64,000 nucleotides of DNA from Hormiphora californensis. Lineage: Eukaryota; Animalia; Ctenophora. The position numbers were made by a program, and so were the translations under genes. The notes under the pieces are model-generated. The model was given only the letters and a program-made list of their open reading frames with translations, was not told the DNA's origin and made no database searches. The number at the start of each line of letters is the position of its first letter. Within the stretch, counting starts at the first letter, position 1. Shown here piece by piece: positions 1-13,650 of the stretch. The stretch spans positions 2,170,001-2,234,000 of the forward strand of contig CM035357.1 of NCBI GenBank assembly GCA_020137815.1, read 5' to 3'.

Positions 1-38
1 TTATAACAGCGATTCAATAACCCAACATTTCACTTTAG

Positions 39-3000
39 ATAAAAGATCTAGAGGAGGGTCCTCTGACGACACTGGCTGAGCTCCAATCTCTCTTCACTGC
101 ACCCCAGTACTTTATCGAGAAGAGAAACAGTAAGAAGTTGGACTATGATAGTTTGGCTTTGCAGACATCTGAGACGGGCGTGGTGAGTTAATAGAGTCGG
201 ACCCTGATTTACCAGGATGATTGGGATATCGGGGGAAGTTTATCCTCCCGGTAAATCGGGGTTTCGGTAAATTGGGGTCCGACTGTACATTGATTAATTC
301 CATTATTTGTTTGAACACTGAACAGTTTCCTGGCAATAGTTTGTTTGCAATACTAACTTGTTATAGTTCAGAGTATCAATGTTAAATAAGAATCCCCTTT
401 CCTTTCCTGAAACATCTATACCTAACACAGATAACATATATCTATCTAACATATCTGTTACAGATAACGGAGCCCTACAAGATCGCAAGAGGAGAGTTTG
501 AGGCGCTTAATGAGCAACTAATGGAGGATCTACCAATACTAATACACGAGGGTGAGAATATTATTATTCGTTAATTATCCCTTAATTATTCCTTAATTAT
601 TCCTTAATTATTATTTACTGCTTCACCTCTAACTACTGTTATGAGGGAATTATCTAGAGAGTTTATGTTACATTTAAATATCTACTAGATGAAAACACAG
701 CTGGTCCTTACTTACACACGTGTATCCTGTTTCTAGACTGTCATCACTCCCATTTTCTAACATTTTAATATCATATCAAGGGGGGGGGGGTGTACAAAAT
801 CCCAATAGCTTGGATTATAAGCTGGATAATAGCTATCTGAGCTCTATTATAGTTAATCCGAGATTATTCTGTATGCATATCTTCTTCTAACATATTTCTA
901 ACATTATTTTCAGGCGCTGAAGTAGTTAAGAAGTCATCCTACTCCGTGTTAGCCCTATTCTGCCAATATTCCCAGTCTTGCCATGATGAACTCAGAGGTG
1001 CACTGGTAAGTAATGTATATCCAATGTGGCTCCCCCTAGCAGATACTACTGTATATCTCCTTCCCTGTTCTTCCACCCCGAACATCATCTTTCACCATCC
1101 TAACATGTCTATTCTTTGCCTTGCTCGACCTTGTTTCACCGCACCCCGTGCCGATATACTCTTTAGCATCTACAACTAACTCCCCCCTCCCCCACAAAAA
1201 TCAGGTAGAATGCTCACCCAGTATAGTAGGTTACGAGTTAATCCTGATCCCTGTTAACACCTGTTAACCCTTGTTAACCTTGATTCTTAACCGTTCCAAT
1301 AATAAACCGTTCGCTGAATTCAATTGCTGTTTTGTTTAGTGATTCGGATCATTTTACACTACCCATGATACTACTGACTGTGTCAGACTATAGTTTGTTC
1401 CCGACTTCCAACCCCCTTTTCAGGATAAAATGATTAACAAATGCCATTCTATTTCAGGATAAAATGTCGATAACCGATACCGCTGAAGTACTATCTTACC
1501 ACACTGAGCGAATGAAGGAATGCTGTGCTACCCTTCTCACGATATCATCCTTTGATAAAGATGTAACCCAAGCTATAGTACTGGGTGGTACAATCCAACG
1601 GTCATCTTCCAGCAAGTTTCACAGTGATTTGGTTTGCGAGCTGGAAACACCCGGTACATGTTCCGATGGTGGTGGGGATGTTGCAAGGTGGTTAGAGGCT
1701 ACCTCTCACACATCAGGTATCCAAGTGTTTCTAAATTTTAGTTGGAAAATTTCATATAATTGGTTTGTTTATCATTTTCACACATTTTTTCGCAGTAGAA
1801 ACGCCATCGGAGGACGAAACAGATCTGAAAATGAGCAGTGAAACACCTGATGAATTTGAGAATGAACCAGTTTTTGAGAAACCCGGTATAATAGAGGACG
1901 TTAAGAAGGGGACACACTGTATAGTGTTATATCAGTTCACTGCCACAGGGGACGGAATGTTAGATGTCCATCCGGATCAAATGGTGACTGTTCTCAGCGA
2001 CTGCAACACGGCCGATACCTGGGCATATGTTCGGAGAGGTAAGGCGCACGGTTTTGTTTGTGACGCGCACTGATAGTGTCAGCATCGGTTTGTGCGCAGA
2101 CCGTGAGAATTTTGCCGTTCAGTTTCCGCCTTTTTTTCACAGAAATCTGTAAACTTTTCTCACCTAACGTTCATTATTTATAGGCGAGGAGAGAGGATAC
2201 ATTCCTAAAACCTACATCTCCCTAATGAAATCGCAGAAAAACAAACCAGCACCAGCACCACCCTCAGCTGCGGATATAGCAGCGTCGAAAAAAGCCAAAC
2301 GGAGAGCACCTCCTCCACCCGCCCGCACACAATCCGAATCAGTTCTTGTTATCCGAGATAGGACACAATCTCTACCATCCCAGTCTCTAAAAGGAACACG
2401 ACCCGCTCCTCTACCCCCCTCATCCAGCGGCCTGATCCCAAAACGCTCTGCGCCTCCCCCTCCTGCGTCACGACAAAAATCAGTTCCTAACCTTCCCATA
2501 CCCCACTACCCCTCACGCTCTCCCTCCCCACTTGCGCCAATAGAGGAGCCTCGCTACTCCAGCGCCTGTAGTTCGACCTCAGACGAAGAATTTGAAGATG
2601 CGGTTGATCTTTTGTTAGATCTTAGCTCAAACGTTGAGGATAGGGACATGTTAGTTGATGACAGTTTCTCATCTCATTTTTACGAAGAAATCCCTGATCC
2701 TATCATGTCACCTGATTATGTGAACTTGCCTCCCGAGGAGAAGGATTCTACGTTATGCCGTGATGGAGAGAAAGATTCTACGTTATGCCGTGAGAAAGAT
2801 GAGACACTAGTGCGTGGTGACATCACAAGTGATTATAAGAACTTGCCTGGTGCAGTACCCTCCCCCTCGAGTGAGCTTGATGACGCTTGTAATGTGGAGA
2901 GTGAGCAGGAACAGGGTGATTTGTATACTTACTCAACCTGTCGAAACGAGGAAACACATGTTTCAGAACCTGATTTAGACCCACCTCCTATTTCAGATCC

Positions 3001-4599
3001 ATCTCCTGTCTCAATATCATCTGAACAGTTGGTATCACCTTCAATGTCTGTGAAACCCAGTCCAGTTCCTGTTCCGATCCCTGTCAAACGAGAGGCTCCA
3101 CCACCACCACCGAGAGAAATACCTGCTCAGTCCACCATAACACCACCTTTACCACCAGCACCTCAGGAAACACCCTTTCAGTCTACTGCTCCTCCCCAAC
3201 CCCCTCCGAGGGAAACACCGCTTCAGTCTACTGGTGCTCCCGAACCCCCTCCCCGGGAAACACCCCTTCAGTCTACTGCTGCTCCCGAACCCCCGCCGAG
3301 GGAAACACCCCTTCAGTCTACTGCTGCTCCCGAACCCCCGCCCCGGGAAACACCCCCTCCATCAACAGAGTCACCAGACCTCCCTCCTCCGCCAACAACA
3401 CCTACTGTCCTCGCCAGTGCATCAGTGTCTAGTCTCACATCCCTCCCACCAACCCCGTGTTCGCCGGTGCCCGCTGCACCAAAGAAAAAACCGTAAGTTC
3501 TCTACCCCCGTTCTCTGTTTCTCTTGCCGGGAATACAAACGAAATTAGAGCTAAATTCGTGTTTTTATCTCGTCAGATAACATGAAATCGCATGAAAGTT
3601 ATTATATTTATCAGCCCCATACAATTTCATGTCGAATATTTGCCTTGTTCGACCGTCCCTCCCTCGATTTGAACAAAACAATTGAATATATCATGTTACC
3701 CCCCCCCCCTCTCCCTGCTACTCCCCAACAACCCCTGCCCTCTGTTTCAGAACGCCTGCTACACCCCAACAACCCCTCCCCCCCTCTCCCTGCTACTCCC
3801 CAACAACCCCCGCCCTCTGTTTCAGAACCCCTGCCCTCTGTTTCAGAACCCCTGCCCTCTGTTTCAGAACGCCTGCCCTCTGTTTCAGAACGCCTGCTAC
3901 ACCCCAACAACCCCGCCCCTCTCTGTTTCAGAACGCCTGCTCGGATGTTTGACGAGTGTCCCATGGAGGATTTTGGAGGGGGTGGAAGAATGGGGCCTCA
4001 ATATAGCACTGTCAATAAGATCAAACAATATGAGGTAATGTGTTGTACATTGTGTGAACATTTAGAATGAGTACGGAAATAATGAAAATGAAAATATTTC
4101 AAACACTCATCAAAATCTGGGGGGGGGGGATAAAGATTATCAACATTGAGGTCCAGAATATAATTGATAACATTTCTGTCAGGCACCGTGCCTATATTTA
4201 CTATAACAGTATATTGTACCTATCACGGTCGCTTGTAGTGGGAAAACGGTAATGGAAAACGAAATATACAGTAAGACGACGCGCAACCGTGACCAATCAG
4301 GGCGCTAGTACGTGCTGACACATGAACTTTTTGCCGCACGTTATGCACCGTGCGCGTCTCCTTACTGTATTTTCATTACGGTAATTTGACTACAAGCAGC
4401 ACTGTATCTCAATCTAACGACATATATTGTTTCCCTGCAGGCCCAGTTTAACTATAGAGCCAGGAGCCCTGCAGAACTATCGTTGAGTGCCAGACAGCTG
4501 GTCCAAGTATTGGACTCTACTGACAAGGAGTGGTGGTATGTGAAGATTGGAATTGCCCAGGGTTACGTCCCCAAGGAGTACCTGAAAACCTTCCAATGA
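39..4599 (+). CDS. DNMBP: Dynamin-binding protein (Tuba)/ARHGEF37-38-like, 3' portion: BAR, SH3, Pro-rich, C-terminal SH3 (5' end outside window)
   Basis: GT-AG exons approx. 39-182, 464-551, 914-1005, 1458-1716, 1796-2038, 2184-3492, 3932-4034, 4441-4599 join in frame. LFTAPQYFIEKRNSKKLDY and EFEALNEQLMEDLP resemble the DNMBP BAR domain. SH3 motifs VLYQF...WAYV...GYIPKTYI and AQFNY...EWW...GYVPKEYL; stop TGA 4597-4599. Confidence 0.75.
194..285. mobile_element. ~90-bp MITE, Tc1/mariner-pogo-type ends (CAGTCGGACC...GGTCCGACTG, TA flanks)
   Basis: Terminal inverted repeats with TA on both sides; related copies at 34859-34967, 40263-40334, 59468-59551. Confidence 0.75.
3150..3365 (+). repeat. 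Coding 45-bp minisatellite (PPPRETPLQSTAAPE x ~4-5)
   Basis: 45-bp period inside the Pro-rich exon. Confidence 0.9.
3697..3940 (+). repeat. Intronic minisatellite made of duplicated splice acceptor plus exon start (ctctgtttcag|aac)
   Basis: Six copies of ctctgtttcagaac; the last is the in-frame acceptor at 3931/3932. Confidence 0.85.
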
Positions 4600-4699
4600 A
4601 ATAGTGGTTTCCGGCAAGAACATTTCCCCAGAGCATCCCGGGGTCCAACTGTCACCTACTTGAAAATGTTCCACTAAAGAATATATTGGTTTTTTGCAA

Positions 4700-6177
4700 T
4701 TATATAGCTATATATATTTGAGAGCTACCTTGGAAGCAGAAGCTACAGAGTTAATGTTCGAGGAAAACTCTCTGGAATTGTCAAGCTAGTATGTGGTGTC
4801 CCACAGGGTTCTCTGTTGGGACCTGTCTTGTTCCTGCTGTATGTGGAGGAACTCCAAGACCTTGTTGAACAGTATGGGCTGAGGATAAAACTGTATGCTG
4901 ATGACTCACAGTTATATATGAGTCTGGTTCCTCATGATGATGAAGGATGGCTAGCAGTGAAAGGTAATGCTGAGGATTGTTTAAAGGAGGTGAAGGATTG
5001 GATGGTGAAGCACTGGCTGAGGTGTAATGAGGCCAAAACGGAGCTATTGTTACTTGGAAAGAGTGGAGCTCTAGAGAAGCTAGCCTATGAACCCTCAATT
5101 GTTTTTGGAGGCACGGAAATCTTTCCAGTGGATTTTAAAGGAACTACAGGTAAAACCCTTGGTGTCTACCTTGACAGCCAACTCACTATGGAACGACAGG
5201 TTAACAGTGTCAAGAGACAGTGTGGTATGATCCTGAGGAACCTTTGGCAGATCAATCGATGTTTGGACCAGTCTATGAAGATCCTCCTTGTCAAACAGTT
5301 AGTTATTTCGAGGTTGGACTACTGTAACATACTGTATTGTGGACTCCCGAAGAAACACATCAACAGCCTACAGAAAACACTCAACTCTTGTGTTCGGTTC
5401 GTCTATGGTCTACACGGACATCAAGATGATTATGCTCCCTACCTGAAGGAAATGCATGTCCTTCCTATTGAACAGAGGATTGTGTTCAAGGCATGTCTTA
5501 CAGCTTATAAGGTCGTTCATCGAACTGCTCCAGATTATCTAGCCGACAAAGTGCCAGCGTGTGAGGATGTGGATAGCTTGCGTTTTACCAGAGCCAATGC
5601 TGTTCCGGATGAGTTCAGGCTCCAGTACCCGAAACTCTCAAGTGTCAACGCTAATTCTAAATTGAGGAGAAGGCGACCTTCTGTATTTCTACCCAGTCTG
5701 TGGAACGAACTTCCTTTGGACATCAGATCTCTTCTGTCTGTTGATTCCTTCAAGACAAGACTTAAGACCCGACTCTTCACTGAGGCTTATGGCGTAAGTA
5801 CTTCCTGAAGGCTTGTATCAGTTTTTATCTCCAGTGTGTTTGGAACAGTTGTATCGGTTTTTATATTAAGCATTTTTTGAGGGTTTGAAGCACGAGTGGA
5901 CAGAGTGTGAAGCAGTGTGAATTTTGTATACCAAGGATTCTTTTTGGACAGTTTATCATTATATGTCAGTTATTTTCTTCAGTTTTTTCCCACGATATGT
6001 GAGCCGTTGTAAGTCAGTTATATTCCATTATGGTCTTGATAGAGTAAATTTTTTCCCTAGCTTTGTATCCCGCTCTGATTGTCTTTCAGTGGCAGCAGTT
6101 ATCTCTTGATCTGTTGCCCCTGGAGGATATGGGCGGAATATAAGCACGTCTATTATTATTATTATTATTATTATTAT
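4700..6177 (+). mobile_element. 5'-truncated CR1/L2-group (Crack/Daphne-like) LINE with (ATT)n tail
   Basis: ORF 4816-5808 with GVPQGSLLGPVLF, YADD, NEAKTE and SRLDYCN motifs; ~340-bp 3'UTR ending in (att)n at 6151-6177. Confidence 0.9.
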
Positions 6178-9100
6178 AGTATAGCTGTTAAAGACATTGA
6201 ATTGAGAGAGTGATTAAAGGACTGATTTTTTAGCAGTATCCCACTGGGAAAGCTGTTGTTACTCAACAAAGGATCTAGTTCAGATTGTAAAGTTGGGCTG
6301 CTCTTTTGGTCGGTGTTTTTTAATAAAGTTATATAGGGACTAGGGAGTCTTCCTTCATTTGAACGTTGAGTATTGCTTGTTGAGGGAAATGATAAAGTTT
6401 TTGACGCTTAGATTTTGTAGCGTGGTTTTTGTGTTTGATTTATAACGATGTGATCTAGTGTCCAATGAATCTCTCTTAAAAACGTTTTTAAAATACGTCC
6501 TTTTAGTTTGTTCTTAACAACCCATCGCCGCTTGTAGTTGAGAAACGGTATCGCAACACCGTAATGAGACGCACCGTTACTGATACCATTTCTCCACTAC
6601 AAGCGACCGTGTGTAAAAAGTCTTGTGCTGTCGTGACATCTGTATATACTGACAGAGAGGGAAAGAAAGAGGGAGAGAGAGAGAGAAAGAGGAAGAGAGA
6701 GAGAAAGAGGGATTGTGTAAGACAATCTTTGTATTGTTCTTGTAGCAGTGGGAAACAGTTTACTATAAGGGTGTGCACAGACTGACCAAAGTTGATCATG
6801 ATCGTATATGGTCAAATCGCACATACTGATCATCGTGTCACACAGTACAAGTGAAGTTGGTTGTCTGTTTTGTTTCTGTTGTGTACATGTACTGTTTGTT
6901 TGTCGTGTCCTGTTCTGTCTGTTTAGTTGTGGTCACTTTTTGTAAGTTGGTGTCACATTAGGGCTTGTTTCATCGTATCTTTGTCAGTGTGACAACACGA
7001 ATTAATTGTCAGTCCGAGACTCTCGAGGAGATGATGTCATGAACTCAGTTTGGGATTTTTCAAACGTCCGGCCATACTTGGCTCATGATCTGTAGTTGGT
7101 GACATTGGCAGCGACGTATATCGATTATCTCTTGTCAGTGTGACAACGATAATGCCAACGAGACTCTCCAGGAGATGATGCATTTAAACTAGTTGGAATT
7201 TTTGAAACTCCTATCTGGGGCAACCTCCATAAATAAAAAATACTTTAGTAAAAATACAGTTCGAAATAAATACCCAATGAAAAGTGGTAGTCGGCACTCC
7301 AACCGCCAGGACAACAATTCTCAGACGAGATTTAACTACTATGAAAAAGTTCTGGTATGTTATGGTCACCAAAGGAAAATGTCTACAAAATTATTACACA
7401 AACACAGATTAACAATTTTCATCCAGTCCGGGGCTTGAGATCAATAAAAAACATCAAAATATCAGAAAACCGAGAGAATACATAATTACTTTGTCAACCA
7501 GTCGCTCCATTACTCTAGTTACAGATTAAAAATAGGAAATCTCGACCTGATGCAACCCATTGTGCGCTGGAGGCAGCCTAATCTAGCGTCAGGACATGTT
7601 ACGCTCAAGGATACTCAGACAATCTTTGGTCAAATACCACTGCAACTGGTAAACCTAAAGTTTAACCCCTGTATTGTTACGATACATTTGATAAACACGC
7701 CTAGTACGATGCTTCCACAGCTGCACACATGGGAATTAAACCGTTAACAAGAACAATATGTTCTCGAGACTTTCACAACTTTATTCATCAACCCTCTCCA
7801 ACCTCGCCCTACACCAATCCAACTCACGCAGTCCCTTCTCAATTCGGCCCGATCTGTATCTGTGACATTCACTGGACAGAGATCGGTATATAAACGTTCA
7901 AGAGGAAGGCCAACACGTATAACCGTCCTTCCCACAAAGGTAGCAGCTCATTCGGAACCCTATCCCTTCAAGAGCTTGATACCCACAACAGAGGAACATA
8001 GTGAAGAGAGGCCGTGGAGGAGGGTCCTTGGGGCCAAAACCCCCATCTCTCCCTCCGTCTGATCGAGTTCCACCAGTTTGGCTCCACTTCGTGTTACCGC
8101 ATGCCAGAGAGCCGAGAGTGACCAAGTTTCAGCACGAGGGAGTATCTGATACTCTGGGCAGTGTCATGACAGACATCGTGCCTTCTCGTGCTTGAAGCCC
8201 ACGGCACGATTGTCAGGCGATGGCAGCATACCAACACCCAAATTCAGTCAAGTACACTTAAAAAAAAGGACCGTCCCAAACTTCAATGAACCTACTGCTC
8301 TCAGGGGGTGCATCCCACTCCCGAACAGTTTGAAGGAGATAATAATAGAGGAATAATCATCTGACTGTCATCCGGCCAACGTCCCCCGCGATCGATTCCA
8401 AGACTTGCCTGAGGGATAATCGACGTTTTCTCCACAGACAAATTAGTTAAAAGACGTGAAAGAACCAAATTAACATATATTCATGAGTGGGAAAACAATG
8501 TTCAAACATAAATGGTAAGAAGACAAAATATAGCAAAAACCCCAAACACTACCTTCAAAACTATCGAAAAGTGTTGAAGCCAAATCTGGACCACCTCAAC
8601 GAAGATGTCAGGCAGAAAGCGGAACTGAACAGCAAAAAATATATTACCACTCAAATCTGCGTTCAAAGCTAAAAAAGGCTAAAAAAATGGACCCCCCAAA
8701 CAAATTTTGAGTCAGCGTGCTTGGACTGGATAACCCCAACAGTGATGATAAACTAGTGGTAAAGCCGAAAGCCGAAAAGCACCAAGTCAGGACACTAAAT
8801 TGATCCACAATCTTTCTTGAGAAACGGGTTTAAACCATTCCACAGGTCAAAGACTAGATCAAGGGGGTGTATAAAAAATTTCCAATAGTCCCAAAGGATA
8901 CGATCACGCCACGGCTCGACCTGGATCTCCCTCCGTAGGCAGCGCTTGCCATTGGCACCGACCGGACAAGAAAGGAAAGCTTGTCGATTGGCAGTAGCCA
9001 GCATGTGCGGCAGGTGACTCCAGACATTCCGCAGTTTGTCACAGAGGTAAAGTCTGGGACAAGCCATGTACATTTCCTAGGTCTTAACATGTTTGAGACA

Positions 9101-12100
9101 AACTTGGCCATGCACGAAGGAGTTCCAGGTCGAGGCGAGGTATTATCTTTTGTGAAGAAACCTAAGTGAATTTTATACAGTATTGACAACCTGATGGCCG
9201 TTGCAATAGCTTTTTGGAAACCCATAAAGGATATTACAAAAAGGGATATAACCAAGTGTGCAGAGAGATTGGGAGAAGTCCAGACGAAGAGACCGAGAAA
9301 TCTTCAAGATCGAGAGATGTTTTCACACTGTTCCTGCATACACTTAGATAGATTGTTGACCGTGAAATACACAGCTTGCGATACACCGAAGACCTGAAGT
9401 CAAGGAGCAGATTTAGATGTCATCCAAATAGAGGAAGTTACCTCCTGCATCGATAGCACTAATTTCACCTGGAAGAAGTTCGTCTTCATTGTATTTACCA
9501 AGCCAATTAGTAGCGGGGTTATTGTCGTAACAAGGCCGATGATTGAGCACAGTTGCACGCTCAAAATGAATCCAAAGGTCTGCGCCGCCAAACGGGCAGA
9601 CACAGAGGAAGCTCAATTTATACAGCAACGGATCCTTACCATGAGTTCTTAATTTAAGCCAACGGCAGACAAATCCTGATGTTTTCTCACACAATAAAAA
9701 CTAAGTGTCCAATGAGGGCCTTGGCGTCCCCCATTTAGATCAGTGGTCCTTAATGTAAGTTACGCGAAACGTACGTCTGAGTTCCTCAACAAGATAACTG
9801 TGAGAAGGGTAAGTCAATACTCCAACCACTACAGAACTACAGCTTAGAAGATCCACATTCAGGCAGCGAACAATATCCAAAGAGAAGGGCAACAACATTA
9901 CCCTTGTCCATTCCGTAAAAGGTCATCAACATGCCAAAGTAGCGCTCGCAGAGCGAGGGCCCTTAGTAAATAGAAAAGCGATGCCCGAAACGAGCAACGG
10001 GAGAGGTAACAGAAATTAACTGATATTTTTGGGAGAGATCGTGGTTCACCAGTCAGGGTTGTAAAAATTAGAGTACCCAAAAGGTATCGATCAGCCAGGG
10101 CTCGAACGATCTCTGCTCCGTAGGCAGGCGCTTAGCCTGGGCACGCGACGACAAGAATAGGAATGCTTGTAGATTTGTGCTGTACCAGCTTTTGCTCCCT
10201 AAGTGTTAGGCGTACCTTGTTTCACTGCGTGTACAAGCCAAATCTACAAGCATTCCTATCTCTTATCTCGCTTCCCAATGTAAGGCGCTGCCTCCCGCAT
10301 TCCCAACCTGAGCTTCCTCGATCGATCTTTTCCCGGGCAACCATATTTACGTTAGCTCTTCAAACCAACCAATATTTGCAATGGTTTTTGAAGTCTCGTC
10401 TCCGTTTTTGTAAAAAGTATGAAATAGGATATTAGGAGAAATGGAGAGAGAGGTTTAAAGAGAGAGGAGTGAGTGGTTAAACTTGAGCGGAGGGGGGGAG
10501 GAGGGGAGTCGAGGAGAAGTTGACTCCTCTGAGGAACTATTATAAATGCTGGACCTTCAGCTTCCGCATTGTAATTTTGTCCTTATAATTGTATACAGTT
10601 CAACCAGGTATACGTAACTCATGGAACGTTACATAAGTACCATTAATAGTTCGCTCTCCTCTCTCATACTCTCTCTCTGATCTCTATGAACACAGTACCA
10701 TGCAGTCTAACACCGAAGCTTTGATAATTGAGCCTAACACAGTAGCATTTTGCTAACAGTGACTTTATTAGATTATGATACATGAATTTCTTCTATGAAT
10801 TACATATGCGGTTATGGAGTTGCCATAGGTCTGAATAGGCTGTCTGAAAGGGGAGCACGATTGGCACAGGTAACAGTTTGCATTGGTCGCTGACATGGAC
10901 ATGGGAGGGTACCAACCTATTTTCTTATTTTTAGATTTTTTGAATAGGGCCGTACAAAAAAATAACCAAAATTCCCGACTTTCCTACACAAATCAGAACT
11001 TTCACTGCAAAGAAGGCTAACTTCTGATCGAATTCTTAGGCCCCATTGAGAGGGTTTATTCTCGGGGCGACCTTTACTGGCCCTTTGACTAAATTATGAG
11101 ACCCTAAGTCGTTACTTAGCCCAGCTTCATGCGAACATTACATGATCTAATTATTGACTTAACTTGCCCAATCCTATGCGTTACAGCAATAAATTTCCTT
11201 AGAAAATAGATTGAGAAAACTTTTTCGGTAAGAAATCTGGATTGTAGGGAAATTTCCTTGCTTTAGAAAATACATTGAGAAATTTCTCGTAGAAATGCAG
11301 TTCAGGGGAATTTCTTCGCGATTTTGGATGACAGAGAAAATGTATATATTGTTGCTAAAGTGATACTGGTAGATTGGTAATAAAAGCTACAGAATTCTCT
11401 TAAAACAGTAAACGTTCGCACTATGTATTACTCATCATAAACCGTTTTACTTTTTTGTATTTTTCTACTTTTTGTACTGTTTGTATTTTTTGTATTTTTT
11501 CGTTGAGGAACGCCCTGTTTTTTCCGTACAACACAAGAAATAGTGGGAACCCCCTCGCCCCCCCCCCCGATTCTGGGACGGTGAATGGTAAATAAACTAA
11601 AAAACCTAGAGGCCTTAAGGGTAACCTCGGCAATTTGTCAGTGCCTTTGTGCTCATGGGGTGTAAGCATTGCGGAGAGGTGGCGAGAGTGGGCAGGAGTT
11701 TACGGATGAATGGTAATATACTATATATTTTGCTGCAGCCCTCAGTAGGATAAAAAAAGGACCCGAAATAGAGGATTTTAAGGTCCCTAAATTTTCATTT
11801 TAGGGGTAGCATGCTGAAATTTTGGGGATTTGTAGAGGATGCCAAGGTGTTTCAGCCAAAACAAAAATTTTTTGAATGTTGCTCATTTTTTTTGTCTGAG
11901 ACCACTTTACTTTTTTTCAACTTTGAGGCCCTGTTTGTCTATGTTCCTATGGACTGGTAAGGATAAAAATTGGTGAGAAGATGCTCCTAACAATTTTTAA
12001 AGTAGCCACAAATTTTCAGAAGGTCCGAATTTGAAATGTGACCAGGAGAAAGGAAAATGTGGTGCTAGGGTATCTGCAAAACCCTTATTTTTTTAGCAAC

Positions 12101-12873
12101 ATTGTACCTCATCCAAAAATTATAAGTTTTAGGGCTAGAGAGCTGAAATTTTGGGGATTTGTAGAGGATTCCCAGGTGTATCAGGGAAAATTGTAATTTT
12201 TGGTTTGGAGCCCAATTTTTTTTCCGGGAATACTTCACTTTTCTTCGACTTTGAGGCCCTGTTTGACCATGTTCACATGGTCCGTTAAGGATGAAAATTG
12301 GTCAGAAGTTGCGTCTAACATTTTTCTATGTCGCTGCAAAATTTTATGCTTAACGATCAAGAAACACATCCCACAGAGAACAAAATGTGATGGTCGTATG
12401 TTGGAAAAAGGATATTTCCACATATCCGTTTCAGCGTTGTTTCAAGCAAAGTTTGCATCATCTAAGATTCGTAAAACATGAATTTATTCAACTTACCAGG
12501 TAAGTTACCTTTACAATTAGCGATGGCCAGCTTTTTCAAGTGCTTCAATCAACTGTAACACTACCTGAACCTTCCATACTACTGTCAATAGGTTACATTG
12601 TTATTATTTATTAATTTTCGCATGGTTCAAATGCTATCTACTTATATATAGAGGCGCGAAAGTGTGTAAAACATTTCAAATAAAACATTTTTCAAACTCC
12701 AAACCACAAAAAACAGACACTGAAAATATTCAAATTCCTATCATTACTATTATTATTGCATAACAGTTACGTAATCGGATCTTTTCTCTAGGCACGAGTC
12801 GATCTGTCTCTTAGTAGCCCCTAGTTGTAAAAGCCACTCAACTACTTGCACGCTACTTAGTTGTAAGTAACTT

Positions 12874-13650
12874 TCACATGTCATAAGTGTTTTGTACAGA
12901 TACCATTGTCGTATGTTGCCCACAACTACTGCATGTTGCTGATATTGTTGCCCACATATGGTCAACAAGGACATCTTTCACGTCGCTGAATCTCAATCCG
13001 TCTCCACATCTGCTGCACCTAAATCTGGAAAAGAAATTTGTATCCATGACGAAAACACCGTCGGGAAAGGTGTGCCTTCCATTAGAAGAGGCATCAGATG
13101 TAGATGGTTGTTCATCTACTGCTTCGGTATGCTCCTGCTCCAAAGACAGCTCTGTCATAGTGGAGATTATGGACATCACATCATCACTATCTCCCCCGGC
13201 CACATCTAAACAATCTTGCTCCACATCCTCAGATTGATGTTGATTCTCATGTTCCAGGAATAACTGCATACCATCAGCTAACTCGGTGAATAATTTGTAT
13301 GCGAAACAGGATTCTTTTCGACGGCAGGCCCTGTTGTCTTTACACTTCCACAGTTTCACAATTTTGAACAGTTCATCAGTATTGAAGGTGGTCAAGTCCT
13401 CAATGTCATCCCCTAGTCCTGCCATTACTATCAGTTCTAATAAATCTTCCCCCTTACATGCAACTCTTTCCCCAAATGATATTTTAGTTGCACAGCGACA
13501 GCATCGAGATTCCTTCAAAGTTGACTCTAAGGCCTTTAGAAATATTTCGGCGTCTTCATGGTCGTTGGAAAGATTAGCAGGCATATACTGAAAGCAGTGA
13601 CTGTTATCAAAAAGCAAATCCAAATCAAAATTTTGGCATAGCATCCACAA
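12874..13650 (-). CDS. Cys-rich ORF in the transposon spacer; C-terminal CxxC...CxxC zinc ribbon like Kolobok/'Mutator-like' transposase N-terminal regions, no DDE domain seen
   Basis: 258-aa open frame with VFVMDTNFFSRFRCSRCG...ATISATCSSCG; lacks a clear ATG start and may continue by frameshift to ~12753. Confidence 0.5.
   Translation of the reverse strand: MWMLCQNFDLDLLFDNSHCFQYMPANLSNDHEDAEIFLKALESTLKESRCCRCATKISFGERVACKGEDLLELIVMAGLGDDIEDLTTFNTDELFKIVKLWKCKDNRACRRKESCFAYKLFTELADGMQLFLEHENQHQSEDVEQDCLDVAGGDSDDVMSIISTMTELSLEQEHTEAVDEQPSTSDASSNGRHTFPDGVFVMDTNFFSRFRCSRCGDGLRFSDVKDVLVDHMWATISATCSSCGQHTTMVSVQNTYDM

Noticed and set aside
711-760. Possible minus-strand TGFBRAP1 exon with GTAAGT donor inside a DNMBP intron
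   Set aside because: In-frame stop in the required phase and no similarity to the expected sequence.
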